64,000 nucleotides of DNA, taken from assembly GCA_965662845.1 (NCBI GenBank), contig CBFIJD010000003.1, positions 387 through 64,386 of the forward strand, in the 5' to 3' direction. The notes beneath the pieces were generated by a model, which did no database searches, was not told where the DNA came from, and worked only from the letters and a program-made list of their open reading frames with translations. The translations under genes and the position numbers were made by a program. Every line of letters starts with the position of its first letter. Position 1 is the stretch's first letter. Origin of the DNA: an uncultured bacterium. Its GTDB lineage: Bacteria > SAR324 > NAC60-12. Positions 48,184-60,276 of this stretch are shown one piece after another.

Positions 48184-49803
48184 TTGTTGAGGCCCCAAGA
48201 ACTCATGGAACAAACGCTCCCTTTTCGAGGTTCCGCGCAGTTTTTTCAGGACACCCTCGACGCTCTCTCCGCTCACATCGCCATCTTGAATCAAGAAGGC
48301 ACCATCGTCGCTGTCAACGACGCTTGGCGCAAATTCGGTGGTCTGAACGACTATGCCGACCCACACTGCGGCATCGGCCAGAACTACCTTGACATCTGCA
48401 AATACACCATCGGGCCAGAGTCTGAGGACGCCCAGCGAGCCGCCGACGCCATTCATCAGCTGCTCGACGGTCAAAAGGACTCCTTTCGTATGGAGTATCC
48501 TTGCCACAGCTGCGAAGAGCGACGCTGGTTTTCTCTCTCGCTCACCAGCTTTCATTTTGACAAACAAATGTGGCTGGTCGCCGCGCACGAGAACATCACG
48601 CAGCAAAAAATCGCAGAGGAAGATCTGCGGTTGCGCGACCGCGCGATGGAAGAAGCCGCCGAAGGCATCACCATCACCGACGCGACAAATACCGAGAACC
48701 CCATCATCTACGCCAACAGCGGCTTCACCCGCATCACGGGCTATCTCAACGAAGAGACCGTCGGACGCAACTGCCGCTTCTTGCAGGGAGAAGGGACCGA
48801 CCCCGCAGCCGTCGAACGCATTCGGCAAGCGCTCCGCCAACATGAACCTTGCAGCGTGGAGCTGCGCAACTACACAAAAGACGGGCGCCCTTTCTGGAAC
48901 AAACTCTCCATCACCCCAATCAAAGACGCCGAGGGGAACACCACTCACTACGTTGGCGTTCAATCCGACATCACGCAGGAAAAAGACATGGAAGCAACCC
49001 TGCGGCACCGCACGGACGAGCTGGAACAGCTCAACACACGACTGCGTGACTCCGAGAGCGAACTCCGCCGCCAGAACGCGAACAAAGACAAATTCTTCTC
49101 CATCATCTCCCACGACCTCAAAAGCCCGTTCCACTCCATTCTCGGCTTCGCAGAAATTCTCTCTGGCGACCTCGGAGACTTCACGCTAGATGAGATCCGC
49201 TCTTACGGCAATCACATCCACGTGGGCGCCCAAAACCTGCTCAACTTGCTCGAAAATTTGATGCAGTGGACTCGCTTGCAGTCTGGCCACATGGGCTATC
49301 AACCCGAGCCGCTGCTGCTGCGCGAACGCGTCGAAATGGTCGCCAGCCTGCTGCAAGGGAACCTGCACGCTAAGAAGATTGCTTTTGACTGTGGGATTGA
49401 CCCTGAGATGATGGTCTACGCTGATCGCACGCACCTCTCCCTTGTTCTCCAAAACCTAGTCTCAAACGCGGTCAAATTTACGCGATCTCAAGGCGGGATT
49501 CAGGTATACGCGAGTCAGCAAGACGATCTGGTAGAAATTTGCGTTGAAGACAACGGTTTAGGCATGGATAAAGAACATCTTCAGCGTTTGTTTCAAATTG
49601 AGACTTCGTTTTCAACCGTCGGCACGGCAAATGAGAAAGGGACCGGGTTGGGCCTGATCCTTTGCTATGAGCTTGTGCGCGAGAACGCCGGCAGCATTTG
49701 GGCCGAGAGTGAACCTGAGCAGGGCTCGCGGTTCTATTTCACCTTACCTTCCTCAGTCCGAGCCCTAGCGTCGCTGAGCAACCCACGCCCTGAGCAAAAC
49801 TGA
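48184..49803 (+). CDS. PAS/LOV blue-light sensor histidine kinase
   Basis: An N-terminal PAS domain is followed by a canonical LOV domain: ..GITITDATNTENPIIYANSGFTRITGYLNEETVGRNCRFLQGEGTDPAAVERIRQAL..VELRNYTKDGRPFWNKLSITPIKDAEGNTTHYVGVQSDIT.., with the GRNCRFLQG flavin-Cys motif. HisKA is ..FFSIISHDLKSPF.. and HATPase is ..LVSNAVKFT..VEDNGLGMDKE..GTGLGLILC.. Confidence 0.85.
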   Translation: MLRPQELMEQTLPFRGSAQFFQDTLDALSAHIAILNQEGTIVAVNDAWRKFGGLNDYADPHCGIGQNYLDICKYTIGPESEDAQRAADAIHQLLDGQKDSFRMEYPCHSCEERRWFSLSLTSFHFDKQMWLVAAHENITQQKIAEEDLRLRDRAMEEAAEGITITDATNTENPIIYANSGFTRITGYLNEETVGRNCRFLQGEGTDPAAVERIRQALRQHEPCSVELRNYTKDGRPFWNKLSITPIKDAEGNTTHYVGVQSDITQEKDMEATLRHRTDELEQLNTRLRDSESELRRQNANKDKFFSIISHDLKSPFHSILGFAEILSGDLGDFTLDEIRSYGNHIHVGAQNLLNLLENLMQWTRLQSGHMGYQPEPLLLRERVEMVASLLQGNLHAKKIAFDCGIDPEMMVYADRTHLSLVLQNLVSNAVKFTRSQGGIQVYASQQDDLVEICVEDNGLGMDKEHLQRLFQIETSFSTVGTANEKGTGLGLILCYELVRENAGSIWAESEPEQGSRFYFTLPSSVRALASLSNPRPEQN

Positions 49804-49836
49804 AGAAGCATTTCATCATCACCTCTTGGAGGACAT

Positions 49837-51449
49837 ATGATCGTTGATTCTCCCATCAGCGTCCGTAAAATTTTCTACGCCCTCGCCGCCGCCTACGCGG
49901 CTTCTGTTGTGGTAGTCGCGCCTTTCTATGGCGCGTACGCGTGGTCTTTGATCATCGGCATTCCACTCATCGCCCTTGGTTTTCGTGACTTGCAGCAACG
50001 CAAGAGCACGATTTTGCGCAACTTTCCTGTCATTGGGCACCTGCGCTTCTTACTCGAAGAGATTCGCCCCGAGATGTACCAATACTTCGTGGAATCCGAC
50101 ACCAGCGGCACGCCCTTCAACCGTTTGGAGCGCAGCCTCGTCTATCAGCGCGCAAAGAACGTCCGCGACACGGTTCCTTTCGGGACCCAATCTAACGTCT
50201 ACGAAGTCGGCTATGAGTGGGTGAACCATTCGCTGCAGCCTGTTCACTTGGAGCAGCACGACCTCCGGGTGAACGTTGGCGGCTCTGAATGCACGCAGCC
50301 TTACTCCGCAAGCCTATTGAATGTGTCCGCAATGAGCTTTGGATCTCTCAGTCGCAACGCAGTCATCGCCTTGAACGGTGGCGCCAAAATGGGAGGCTTT
50401 GCGCACAACACTGGAGAAGGGGGGATTAGCAAATATCACCTAGAAGGCGGCGGAGACCTGATCTGGCAGATCGGCACTGGCTACTTCGGTTGTCGCCACG
50501 ATGACGGGACGTTCAATCCAGAAAAATTCAAACAGAAAGCGACGCTGCCCAACATCAAAATGATCGAGATCAAGCTGTCTCAAGGGGCAAAGCCGGGGCA
50601 TGGTGGCATCTTACCCGCCGCCAAACTCACACCAGAAATCGCAGAAATGCGCGAAGTCCCCATGGGCAAAGCTGTGCTCTCTCCTCCAGCACACTCAAGG
50701 TTCTCAACGCCGCTGGAGTTGGTTCAATTCATCCAGCAGCTGCGCGACCTCTCCGGTGGCAAGCCTGTCGGCTTCAAACTTTGTGTCGGCAAACGCCGCG
50801 AGTTCATCGCAATTTGTAAGGCCATGCTGCAAACCGGCATCAAGCCAGACTTTATCACGGTCGATGGCGGAGAAGGCGGCACGGGCGCTGCGCCCTTAGA
50901 ATTCACGAACAACATCGGCACTCCGCTCTGCGAAGGCCTGATCTTCGTGCACAACGTGCTCAACGGTTTTGATCTGCGCAAAGACATCCGGATCATTTCT
51001 AGCGGCAAAGCGATCTCAGGCTTCGGCATCGTCAAGCGTCTCGCTCTCGGCGCCGATATGTGCTACTCCGCGCGGGGCATGATGATGGCGCTCGGCTGCA
51101 TCCAAGCCCTCAAGTGCAACACCAACCGCTGCCCTGTCGGCGTCGCGACTCAAGATGAGACCTTGATGGACGGACTCGATCCGGCAGACAAAAAAGTGAG
51201 AGTCTTCCACTTCCACCATAACCTCGAAAAGAGCGTCTGCGAGATCATCGGAGCGATGGGCCTCCAAGACCCCAGCGAGCTGGAGCCCTGGCATTTGATG
51301 CGCCGCGTCAGCCCCACCGAAGTCAAGCACTACGGTGAAATCTACGATTATCTGCAGCCCGGCAGCCTGCTAAGTGACACCCTTCCACCCAGCTACGCCC
51401 GCGCGGTAACAGCTGCCCAAGCGTCCTCTTTCGCCGCCCTCCCCAACTG

Positions 51450-51450
<1 letters not shown>
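49837..51450 (+). CDS. FMN-binding glutamate-synthase-family protein (GltS FMN-domain homolog, membrane-anchored)
   Basis: N-terminal TM segments are followed by the conserved region ..IEIKLSQGAKPGHGGILPAAK.T.EIA..R....G....SP..H..F...EL..FI..LR.L...KPVGFKL........I......G..PDFITVDGGEGGTGAAP........GTP...GL.., typical of the GltB FMN-domain family. Confidence 0.8.
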
Positions 51451-54506
<3,056 letters not shown>

Positions 54507-54509
54507 AGT

Positions 54510-57500
54510 CTACGAACGCGGAGGCTGCCGTAATTCGGAGACGATGCGCTCGATAATCTCGGGCATCGCATCGCTGAGCGCTTTTTGAACAGAGCGAGCA
54601 ATCATGCTCTCCATCACTGTTTCTAGGGAAGCGATGCTCGCTGGGGCCGCTGGCTGGACGGGAGTTTCTGTTGTGCTTGGCGATGCTGTCGCAGCTACTG
54701 CGGGGACTTCTGATTCTTCTTCCAGGGCCCCCACTGCGTCGTCCCAGTCCTCAAAAGTCTCTTCTTCCAGCATCTCTGGAGAACCAGAATCTGCAGGGGC
54801 AGACTCTTCTTCCAGGGCCCCCACTGCGTCGTCCCAGTCTTCAAACGTCTCTTCTTCCAACATCTCTGGAGAACTAGAATCTACAGGGGCAGACTCTTCT
54901 TCCAGGGCCCCCACCGCGTCGTCCCAGTCCTCAAACGTCTCTTCTTCCAGCATCTCTGGAGAATCAGAATCTGCAGGAGCGGACTCTTCTTCCAGGGCAT
55001 CCACCGCGTCGTCCCAGTTCCCAAACGTCTCTTCTTCCAAAATTTCTGGTTCCTCGCCTTCAAGTGCGGTGAGCTCGTCTTCTAAGCCATCATCGTCAAG
55101 GGAGAGTTCCTGCATTTCTGGCTCTTGCTGCTCGAGGGCTGCCATTTCGTTGCCCAGTTCTGTCAACTCTCCGAGCGCAGCGTCTGCTTCGGCTTCAGCG
55201 GCTTCCAGTTCACCTTCTGTAGGTTCAGAGTCAGCTTCGGCGGTGGGCTCTGGTTCTGGTTCTGAGGCCACTGGTGCGGGCGTTTGTAGGCTGTCTAGGT
55301 CTTGCTCAAAGACTTGGAATTTGCGGCGTTTTGGCTTGGCAGCGGCGGGTTCTGGTGCCAGCTCTGCTGTCTCATTGGCGGGCACTGGCTCAAATTCTGG
55401 TTCGGGGACGCTCAGCTCTTCGTCTTCTTCAAGATCAAAAGGCGAGTCATCTTCAAAGCCTTCGGAGAGCGTGATCTCCTCATCATCGGCAGGTTCTTCT
55501 AAGGAGTCGTCTTCCAAGGCCGCAGGTTCGGCGTTTTCGTCCATTTCCGCTTCAGCGGCAGAGAGCGGCGCCTCAAAATCGCCGAAGTCTTCATCAACGC
55601 TGATATGGAACTCATCACCATCGTCGTCTGCCAGCGCCAGCGCTGATTGGGCTTCGGCGTCCATATCTTCCAGCACATCTATCAGGTCAGGTTCGTGCTC
55701 AAAGCTGCTGTGCTCTGTCACGAGCATGCAGTCATATTCTTCTTGCTCTTGGGCCATCTCCTCGTCTTCCAGCGTCGCAGTAATCAGGTAGTAATCCATC
55801 TCTTTGACGTTTGGTGTGAAGCGCGCACGCGCTGGCCCTGAACCATCGATGGCTTCCATCGCCTTCAAGGTGGTCGGGAGTTTGGGTTCAAAGTCATTGA
55901 GGTCGAGCCGAATCGAGGTTGTCTCTCGCAGTTCTTGATCGAGGTCGGGCTCTTTAGTCCAGACTTCTTCAACCGGCGCATCAAAGTCATTCAATCCCAG
56001 CCCGATGTCGGTCATGACCACACCTTGCGAGGAGGTCACCGGACGATCGACCGGCCCCTGCTGCACGAGGTTTGCGGTTGAAGGCACTTCGTTGCTCATC
56101 TCGTCGTCGGCGTCTTCGGCTTCTACACTAGCGTCTAGGGCGGGGGCGACTTGGGACTCGTCGGCCTCTAGCTCAGCCCCAAAGTCATCTTCCATGTTCA
56201 GGTCTAACTCCTCGTCGTCGTCCAACATCAACTCATCTGCCGGATCTGCTGAAGGAGCGGCAGCCGCAGGAGCGTCTGCGGTCTCTTCGGCCCCAAAGTC
56301 ATCTTCCATGTTCAGATCCAGCTCCTCGTCATCGGCCCCAAAGCCATCTTCCATGTTCAGATCTAGCTCCTCGTCATCGGCGGCCTCTGCTGTTGGAGAT
56401 TCGGTCTCTGCTGGAGCAATCGACGGCACGGTGGGCTCGTCTTCTGCGGCGAGGAGCGGTTCGTCTTCGCTGAACGAGTCGTCTTCGTCGATGAGCATAA
56501 AGTCATCCTCGGCCTCGGCAGCTTCGTATTCAGCCATTGAGTGCACATCATCCCAAGAAGCGACTTCTTCTACGTCGGACAAGTCTGCGAAGGGTTCGTC
56601 TTCAACGGCGCCAGCTTCCAATTCTTCGGTTTCTAGTTCTGCGGGGGTTGGCTCCTCAGCTGTGGTAGACTCTGCTGATTCGGTCGCTAGCTGTTCTGGT
56701 TCTGGTTCAGCTTCTGGTTCCGGGGCTGCGACAGAGGGTTCCGGAGCGACGTCGGCTTCTAGCTCTGCGACTTTGAACTGCGCTTGCGGCAGATAGTCGG
56801 CGTCATGCTGCATCATGTTCGGGCCAACTTCCATGGTGGCTTCTTCGCTGAGCAAAGAGTCCAGCGACTGCAGGTCTTCGTCGTCACCCGCAGGCTCGTC
56901 ACCCGCAGGCTGGTCTTCCGTTGGCGCGGCTTGGGTTGGTTCAATTTCGGGCTCTTCAGCCCGTTTTGGTTCTTCAGCCATAGAGGGTTCTTCATTGGAG
57001 AGGGGTTCTTCCGACATCAGGGGCTCTTCGCCTTCCATTTCAGCGCTAAAATCGACATCAGGAACTTCTTCCTCTTCAATCAGCGGAGCGGAGACTTGCT
57101 TCGGAGCAGGGGTCGCGTCGGACATATCAAGGACAGCTTCATCAGAATGTGCAGACTCCTCTGGTTCCGCTACAGGCGCTTCGGTTACCTCCTCTTCTAG
57201 AGGGGGCTCCCCGATTGCCGAGCCGCTCCAGTCGTCCTCGGCTGCGGTGACAGCGGGGGTTGGCGGGGGCGGCGGCGTAGCGGAAGCAGTTGCTGGCGCA
57301 GCGGGGGCTGAGGGCAGGTCATCTTCTTCAGAGTCTTGTATCAAGCCCAGCATTTCGTCATCAAACACATTGACTTCATCGCTGGCGTCGGGCCCCAGGC
57401 TGAGTTCGACAGAGGGCAAGTGGCGCTGAATGTGTTCTTGCAAGGTCGCGGCTTCAAACGGCTTGCGAATCATCCCTTGCAGTCCCAGCGCTTGGAGTTG

Positions 57501-57770
57501 CTCCTCTTGAACATTGTCGCGCGCATTCACCAGCAAGATGCGCGGGATGTGACGCAGCTCCGGGTGCAGCTGCAGCTGCTTGCACAGCGCATAGTCGCGA
57601 CGCTGATCCGCGTTGCTAATGAACATTAACGCGGCTTGGGTCTCCACAGCCAGTTGCACAAAGCGCTCCGGGTTGCTCTCTTGCACCAGCTCCACTTGAT
57701 CGCTGATTGTAGAGGCGATGAGGCCTTGGATGGCTTGATTTTCTTCGAAGACAAGAACCGCATTCGACAT
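54510..57770 (-). CDS. Response-regulator receiver fused to a disordered acidic repeat region of about 870 aa and a short conserved C-terminal helix (RomR-like architecture)
   Basis: The N-terminal receiver is MSNAVLVFEENQAIQGL...MFISNADQ...HIPRILLVNARD..GLQGMIRKPF. Then comes an extreme Asp/Glu/Ala/Pro-rich region. It includes a 16-aa motif ..DEELDLNMED(D/G)FGA.. in three copies, and four copies of a 30-aa unit SPEMLEEETFEDWDDAVGALEEESAP.DS. The protein ends ..IASLETVMESMIARSVQKALSDAMPEIIERIVSELRQPPRS. Confidence 0.75.
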   Translation of the reverse strand: MSNAVLVFEENQAIQGLIASTISDQVELVQESNPERFVQLAVETQAALMFISNADQRRDYALCKQLQLHPELRHIPRILLVNARDNVQEEQLQALGLQGMIRKPFEAATLQEHIQRHLPSVELSLGPDASDEVNVFDDEMLGLIQDSEEDDLPSAPAAPATASATPPPPPTPAVTAAEDDWSGSAIGEPPLEEEVTEAPVAEPEESAHSDEAVLDMSDATPAPKQVSAPLIEEEEVPDVDFSAEMEGEEPLMSEEPLSNEEPSMAEEPKRAEEPEIEPTQAAPTEDQPAGDEPAGDDEDLQSLDSLLSEEATMEVGPNMMQHDADYLPQAQFKVAELEADVAPEPSVAAPEPEAEPEPEQLATESAESTTAEEPTPAELETEELEAGAVEDEPFADLSDVEEVASWDDVHSMAEYEAAEAEDDFMLIDEDDSFSEDEPLLAAEDEPTVPSIAPAETESPTAEAADDEELDLNMEDGFGADDEELDLNMEDDFGAEETADAPAAAAPSADPADELMLDDDEELDLNMEDDFGAELEADESQVAPALDASVEAEDADDEMSNEVPSTANLVQQGPVDRPVTSSQGVVMTDIGLGLNDFDAPVEEVWTKEPDLDQELRETTSIRLDLNDFEPKLPTTLKAMEAIDGSGPARARFTPNVKEMDYYLITATLEDEEMAQEQEEYDCMLVTEHSSFEHEPDLIDVLEDMDAEAQSALALADDDGDEFHISVDEDFGDFEAPLSAAEAEMDENAEPAALEDDSLEEPADDEEITLSEGFEDDSPFDLEEDEELSVPEPEFEPVPANETAELAPEPAAAKPKRRKFQVFEQDLDSLQTPAPVASEPEPEPTAEADSEPTEGELEAAEAEADAALGELTELGNEMAALEQQEPEMQELSLDDDGLEDELTALEGEEPEILEEETFGNWDDAVDALEEESAPADSDSPEMLEEETFEDWDDAVGALEEESAPVDSSSPEMLEEETFEDWDDAVGALEEESAPADSGSPEMLEEETFEDWDDAVGALEEESEVPAVAATASPSTTETPVQPAAPASIASLETVMESMIARSVQKALSDAMPEIIERIVSELRQPPRS
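54700..55070. repeat. Four near-identical 90-bp in-frame tandem repeats inside the acidic receiver gene
   Basis: The unit ...ctcttcttccagggcccccac[t/c]gcgtcgtcccagtc[c/t]tcaaa[a/c]gtctcttcttcca[g/a]catctctggagaa[c/t][c/t]agaatct[g/a]cagg[g/a]gc[a/g]gact... recurs at about 54714, 54808, 54895 and 54984. A second array of about 48 bp in three copies lies at about 56180-56400. Confidence 0.8.
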
Positions 57771-58027
57771 GATGATTCCTCAGCATAACACCGGTTAGAG
57801 GGGCCGGTGGATCGGGAGTTGCGCAAAACGTGGGCGAGCGTATCGGATCTGAAGCGGATTTTCCAGTACCGTGCCTTCTGCTTGCAAAGCTGGGAAAATC
57901 CGTGTGATTGCAGGGTGCATTTCGTGAACAGCCCTACAATCGACGTCACAAATTTCAGAAAAATTCACCTCAGATGAACCAGACACTCTCTCGTGAACCA
58001 GAGTAGGCAAAAACTTCTGCAAACAAC

Positions 58028-59092
58028 GTGCATGCGATGATTTCGATTCTTTCTCGCTATCTAGCGCAAGAGTTTCTGCGCTTCTTCCTACTGTTTTTGC
58101 TGGCGTTTCTCGCCATCACCCTGCTGGGGAACCTCGTCGAGAACATCAACGACGCGTTCTCCGGACAGGAAGGATTGTTGCGTTTTCTGCGTCAAACAGC
58201 GCTTTTGCTGCCCTTGCTGCTAGAGCTCACGCTTCCTGTCACCGTTTTGCTCGCGACGATTGCCGCCTTCAGCGCCCTGAGTCGCACCTCAGAGATTGTT
58301 GCGATGCGCGCCTCAGGGGTCGGACCTCAACGTCTCGTGCGTCCCGTGCTCGGGGTCGCTACGGTAATCGCGATCGCGGGATACGTTACGCAGCACTATG
58401 CGCAACCATGGATGCAGACGCATTGGAGCGAAAATGCAGCCGTAGGTGGCAGGCCCTCCCAATGGAAACTCGGCGGAGAGCGACAGCTTTTTTATTTCGG
58501 CGCCCGCCAAGCCGACGGAGTGGTGGAGACGCTCGCGAGCTTTGGCTGGATCGACTCCCCAAGCTACCACCTAGAGCAGCAATTTCTCGCTCAGCACGCA
58601 CGCGCCAGCGACGAGGCGTGGGAGCTCCAGCGTGTGCAGCAGCGCGTGTTTGCTTCTGCAGCGCTACAATTTCAAGCGTTTGATCAGGAACGACGGCCTC
58701 TGAACACAATCCCAGCCGTTTCCTTTGACTCCTATCGCAATCCACACCATATCCCTCTCGGCCAGCTGTGGGACCTCATTGGGCAACGACGAGATCAAGG
58801 CTTGGATGTCACCGCACACTGGGTTGAGTTCTTTCAGAAACTCGCGTACCCCGCGCATCTCTTCGTGATGATTGGCATTGGGATGGCGCTCTCTGCGACA
58901 CATCACCGACAGACCAAAGCCGCTGAGTCGCTGGCCATCGCCGTCTTCATCGGTGTCATGTTCTGGATTCTTAATCAAATTTTGCTGGCGGTGGGGCATG
59001 CTGGCGCCCTCCCCGCTTGGTTTGCAGCGTGGGGCACCAACCTGTTATTCGCAGGAGTTGCGGTCGGCTTGTTGTGGTGGAAGCGAACCTGA
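58028..59092 (+). CDS. LPS export ABC permease LptF/LptG family (YjgP/YjgQ)
   Basis: ..ILSRYLAQEFLRFFLLFLLAFLAITLLGNLVE... has N-terminal TM segments. A periplasmic beta-jellyroll region and three C-terminal TM segments follow, with the LptF/G topology and start motif. Confidence 0.75.
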   Translation: MHAMISILSRYLAQEFLRFFLLFLLAFLAITLLGNLVENINDAFSGQEGLLRFLRQTALLLPLLLELTLPVTVLLATIAAFSALSRTSEIVAMRASGVGPQRLVRPVLGVATVIAIAGYVTQHYAQPWMQTHWSENAAVGGRPSQWKLGGERQLFYFGARQADGVVETLASFGWIDSPSYHLEQQFLAQHARASDEAWELQRVQQRVFASAALQFQAFDQERRPLNTIPAVSFDSYRNPHHIPLGQLWDLIGQRRDQGLDVTAHWVEFFQKLAYPAHLFVMIGIGMALSATHHRQTKAAESLAIAVFIGVMFWILNQILLAVGHAGALPAWFAAWGTNLLFAGVAVGLLWWKRT

Positions 59093-59095
59093 GGG

Positions 59096-59818
59096 TTAGC
59101 GTTCGCGCATCAGGCGCTGTAGCTCCTCAAAGGACAGGTCGTTCGCTTGATCCGAACGCACAGGGGGAAGGTCACGTTGAGACGTGTTGGCGGGAGTTTG
59201 GTCTTCGTTCAACTCGGTGTCCAGCTCGCTGAAAGCCTTCGTCGCGCGCGATTGGGACAACTGCTGGGTGATCCGCTGTAGCCGCGCTTGTTGATATTCC
59301 ACAATCGTTGTTCGAGCGAGACAAGCCGCCACAAACGCAGCGCGGACATCCTCGTCATCCTCATACTCTACTTTGCGAAAACTCTGGTTGCCGCGCACAA
59401 AATCACCCAACTCGGCATCTTGGCGGAACGTCGCGACGAGCGCTCGCTCGGTTTCGTCACGGAGTTGGCGCTGCTGCAATTCTACTCGAATCGCTTCCTG
59501 AACCACCCGCTCTTGCTGCTGCACTAGGTTGTCCGTTGCGTTGCGCTTTGCGACGTCAACCGCCTCTAGACCGCCTTTCTCATAGCCGAACGCGCAGTCC
59601 CACGCTTCGTCGTCATTGTGGCCATACCAGTCGGGAGCGCCATCCAATTCAAAGACCTGCTCGCCCCGCAGATACAGGTCAAACACATAGCCCGCCAGCG
59701 TATTTCCCAGCGAAACCGCCAGCCCAATTGCCTGCGCTGACGCGGTCGTCACAGAAAACAACAGCAGCAAGCCAGATAGACACAACACAAATAGACGCGA
59801 CATAAGCAGGCCTCTCAA
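59096..59818 (-). CDS. Secreted or periplasmic hypothetical protein
   Basis: A signal peptide (..LLLFSVTTASAQA) is followed by a Glu/Gln-rich coiled region. It is the first gene of a run of exported proteins. Confidence 0.4.
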   Translation of the reverse strand: MRGLLMSRLFVLCLSGLLLLFSVTTASAQAIGLAVSLGNTLAGYVFDLYLRGEQVFELDGAPDWYGHNDDEAWDCAFGYEKGGLEAVDVAKRNATDNLVQQQERVVQEAIRVELQQRQLRDETERALVATFRQDAELGDFVRGNQSFRKVEYEDDEDVRAAFVAACLARTTIVEYQQARLQRITQQLSQSRATKAFSELDTELNEDQTPANTSQRDLPPVRSDQANDLSFEELQRLMRER

Positions 59819-60276
59819 GGCGATTGAAGGTCTTCAATCAAGGCGTAAATTTCTCCCGCATCGCGATCTTTCCAAAACGAGAGCACCCGAAACTGCACGG
59901 GGATGCTCTTTCCAGAGAGGGTCACCTGCGTTTGAATCGAAGCGGAGCCGCTCAAGCGCTCTCGATTGCCCGAAATCAAGCTCGTCATTTGGTTCGTGAG
60001 TTCGCTCTGCACCGAGGCCGTGTTCCCCGCTTTCGACACCACCAGTTGGCTAACAGCGGCAGTGATCGCAAGCTCGCGAGCCTGCTTCGTGGAGCGATAC
60101 GAGTAGTTGCTGGAACCCACAAAATGTCCGACCGGGACTTCATTGATCCAAGCCGGACGCTGCAACGGATCCGCCGCGGGAGGCGCGGTCTGGGTGACTG
60201 CCGAGCACCCCAACAGCAGCAGCCCCAGCAGCCACACTGCTCCGCGGACAACACCTCTCATTGGCTGCGCTGCCAT
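59815..60276 (-). CDS. LPP20-like lipoprotein
   Basis: It has the lipobox ..LLLLGCSAV. ..VGHFVGSSNYSYRSTKQARELAITAAVSQLVVSKAGNTASVQSEL..GEIYALIED resembles the LPP20 (PF02169) fold pattern. Confidence 0.5.
   Translation of the reverse strand: MAAQPMRGVVRGAVWLLGLLLLGCSAVTQTAPPAADPLQRPAWINEVPVGHFVGSSNYSYRSTKQARELAITAAVSQLVVSKAGNTASVQSELTNQMTSLISGNRERLSGSASIQTQVTLSGKSIPVQFRVLSFWKDRDAGEIYALIEDLQSP

Noticed and set aside
54604-55791. 395-aa Ser-rich plus-strand ORF, with neighbouring 56005-56796 and 56815-57429
   Set aside because: They are antisense reading frames through the GAG/GAC-rich acidic repeat gene; runs of CTC and TCT read as Ser/Leu. They are mirror artefacts of the minus-strand gene.
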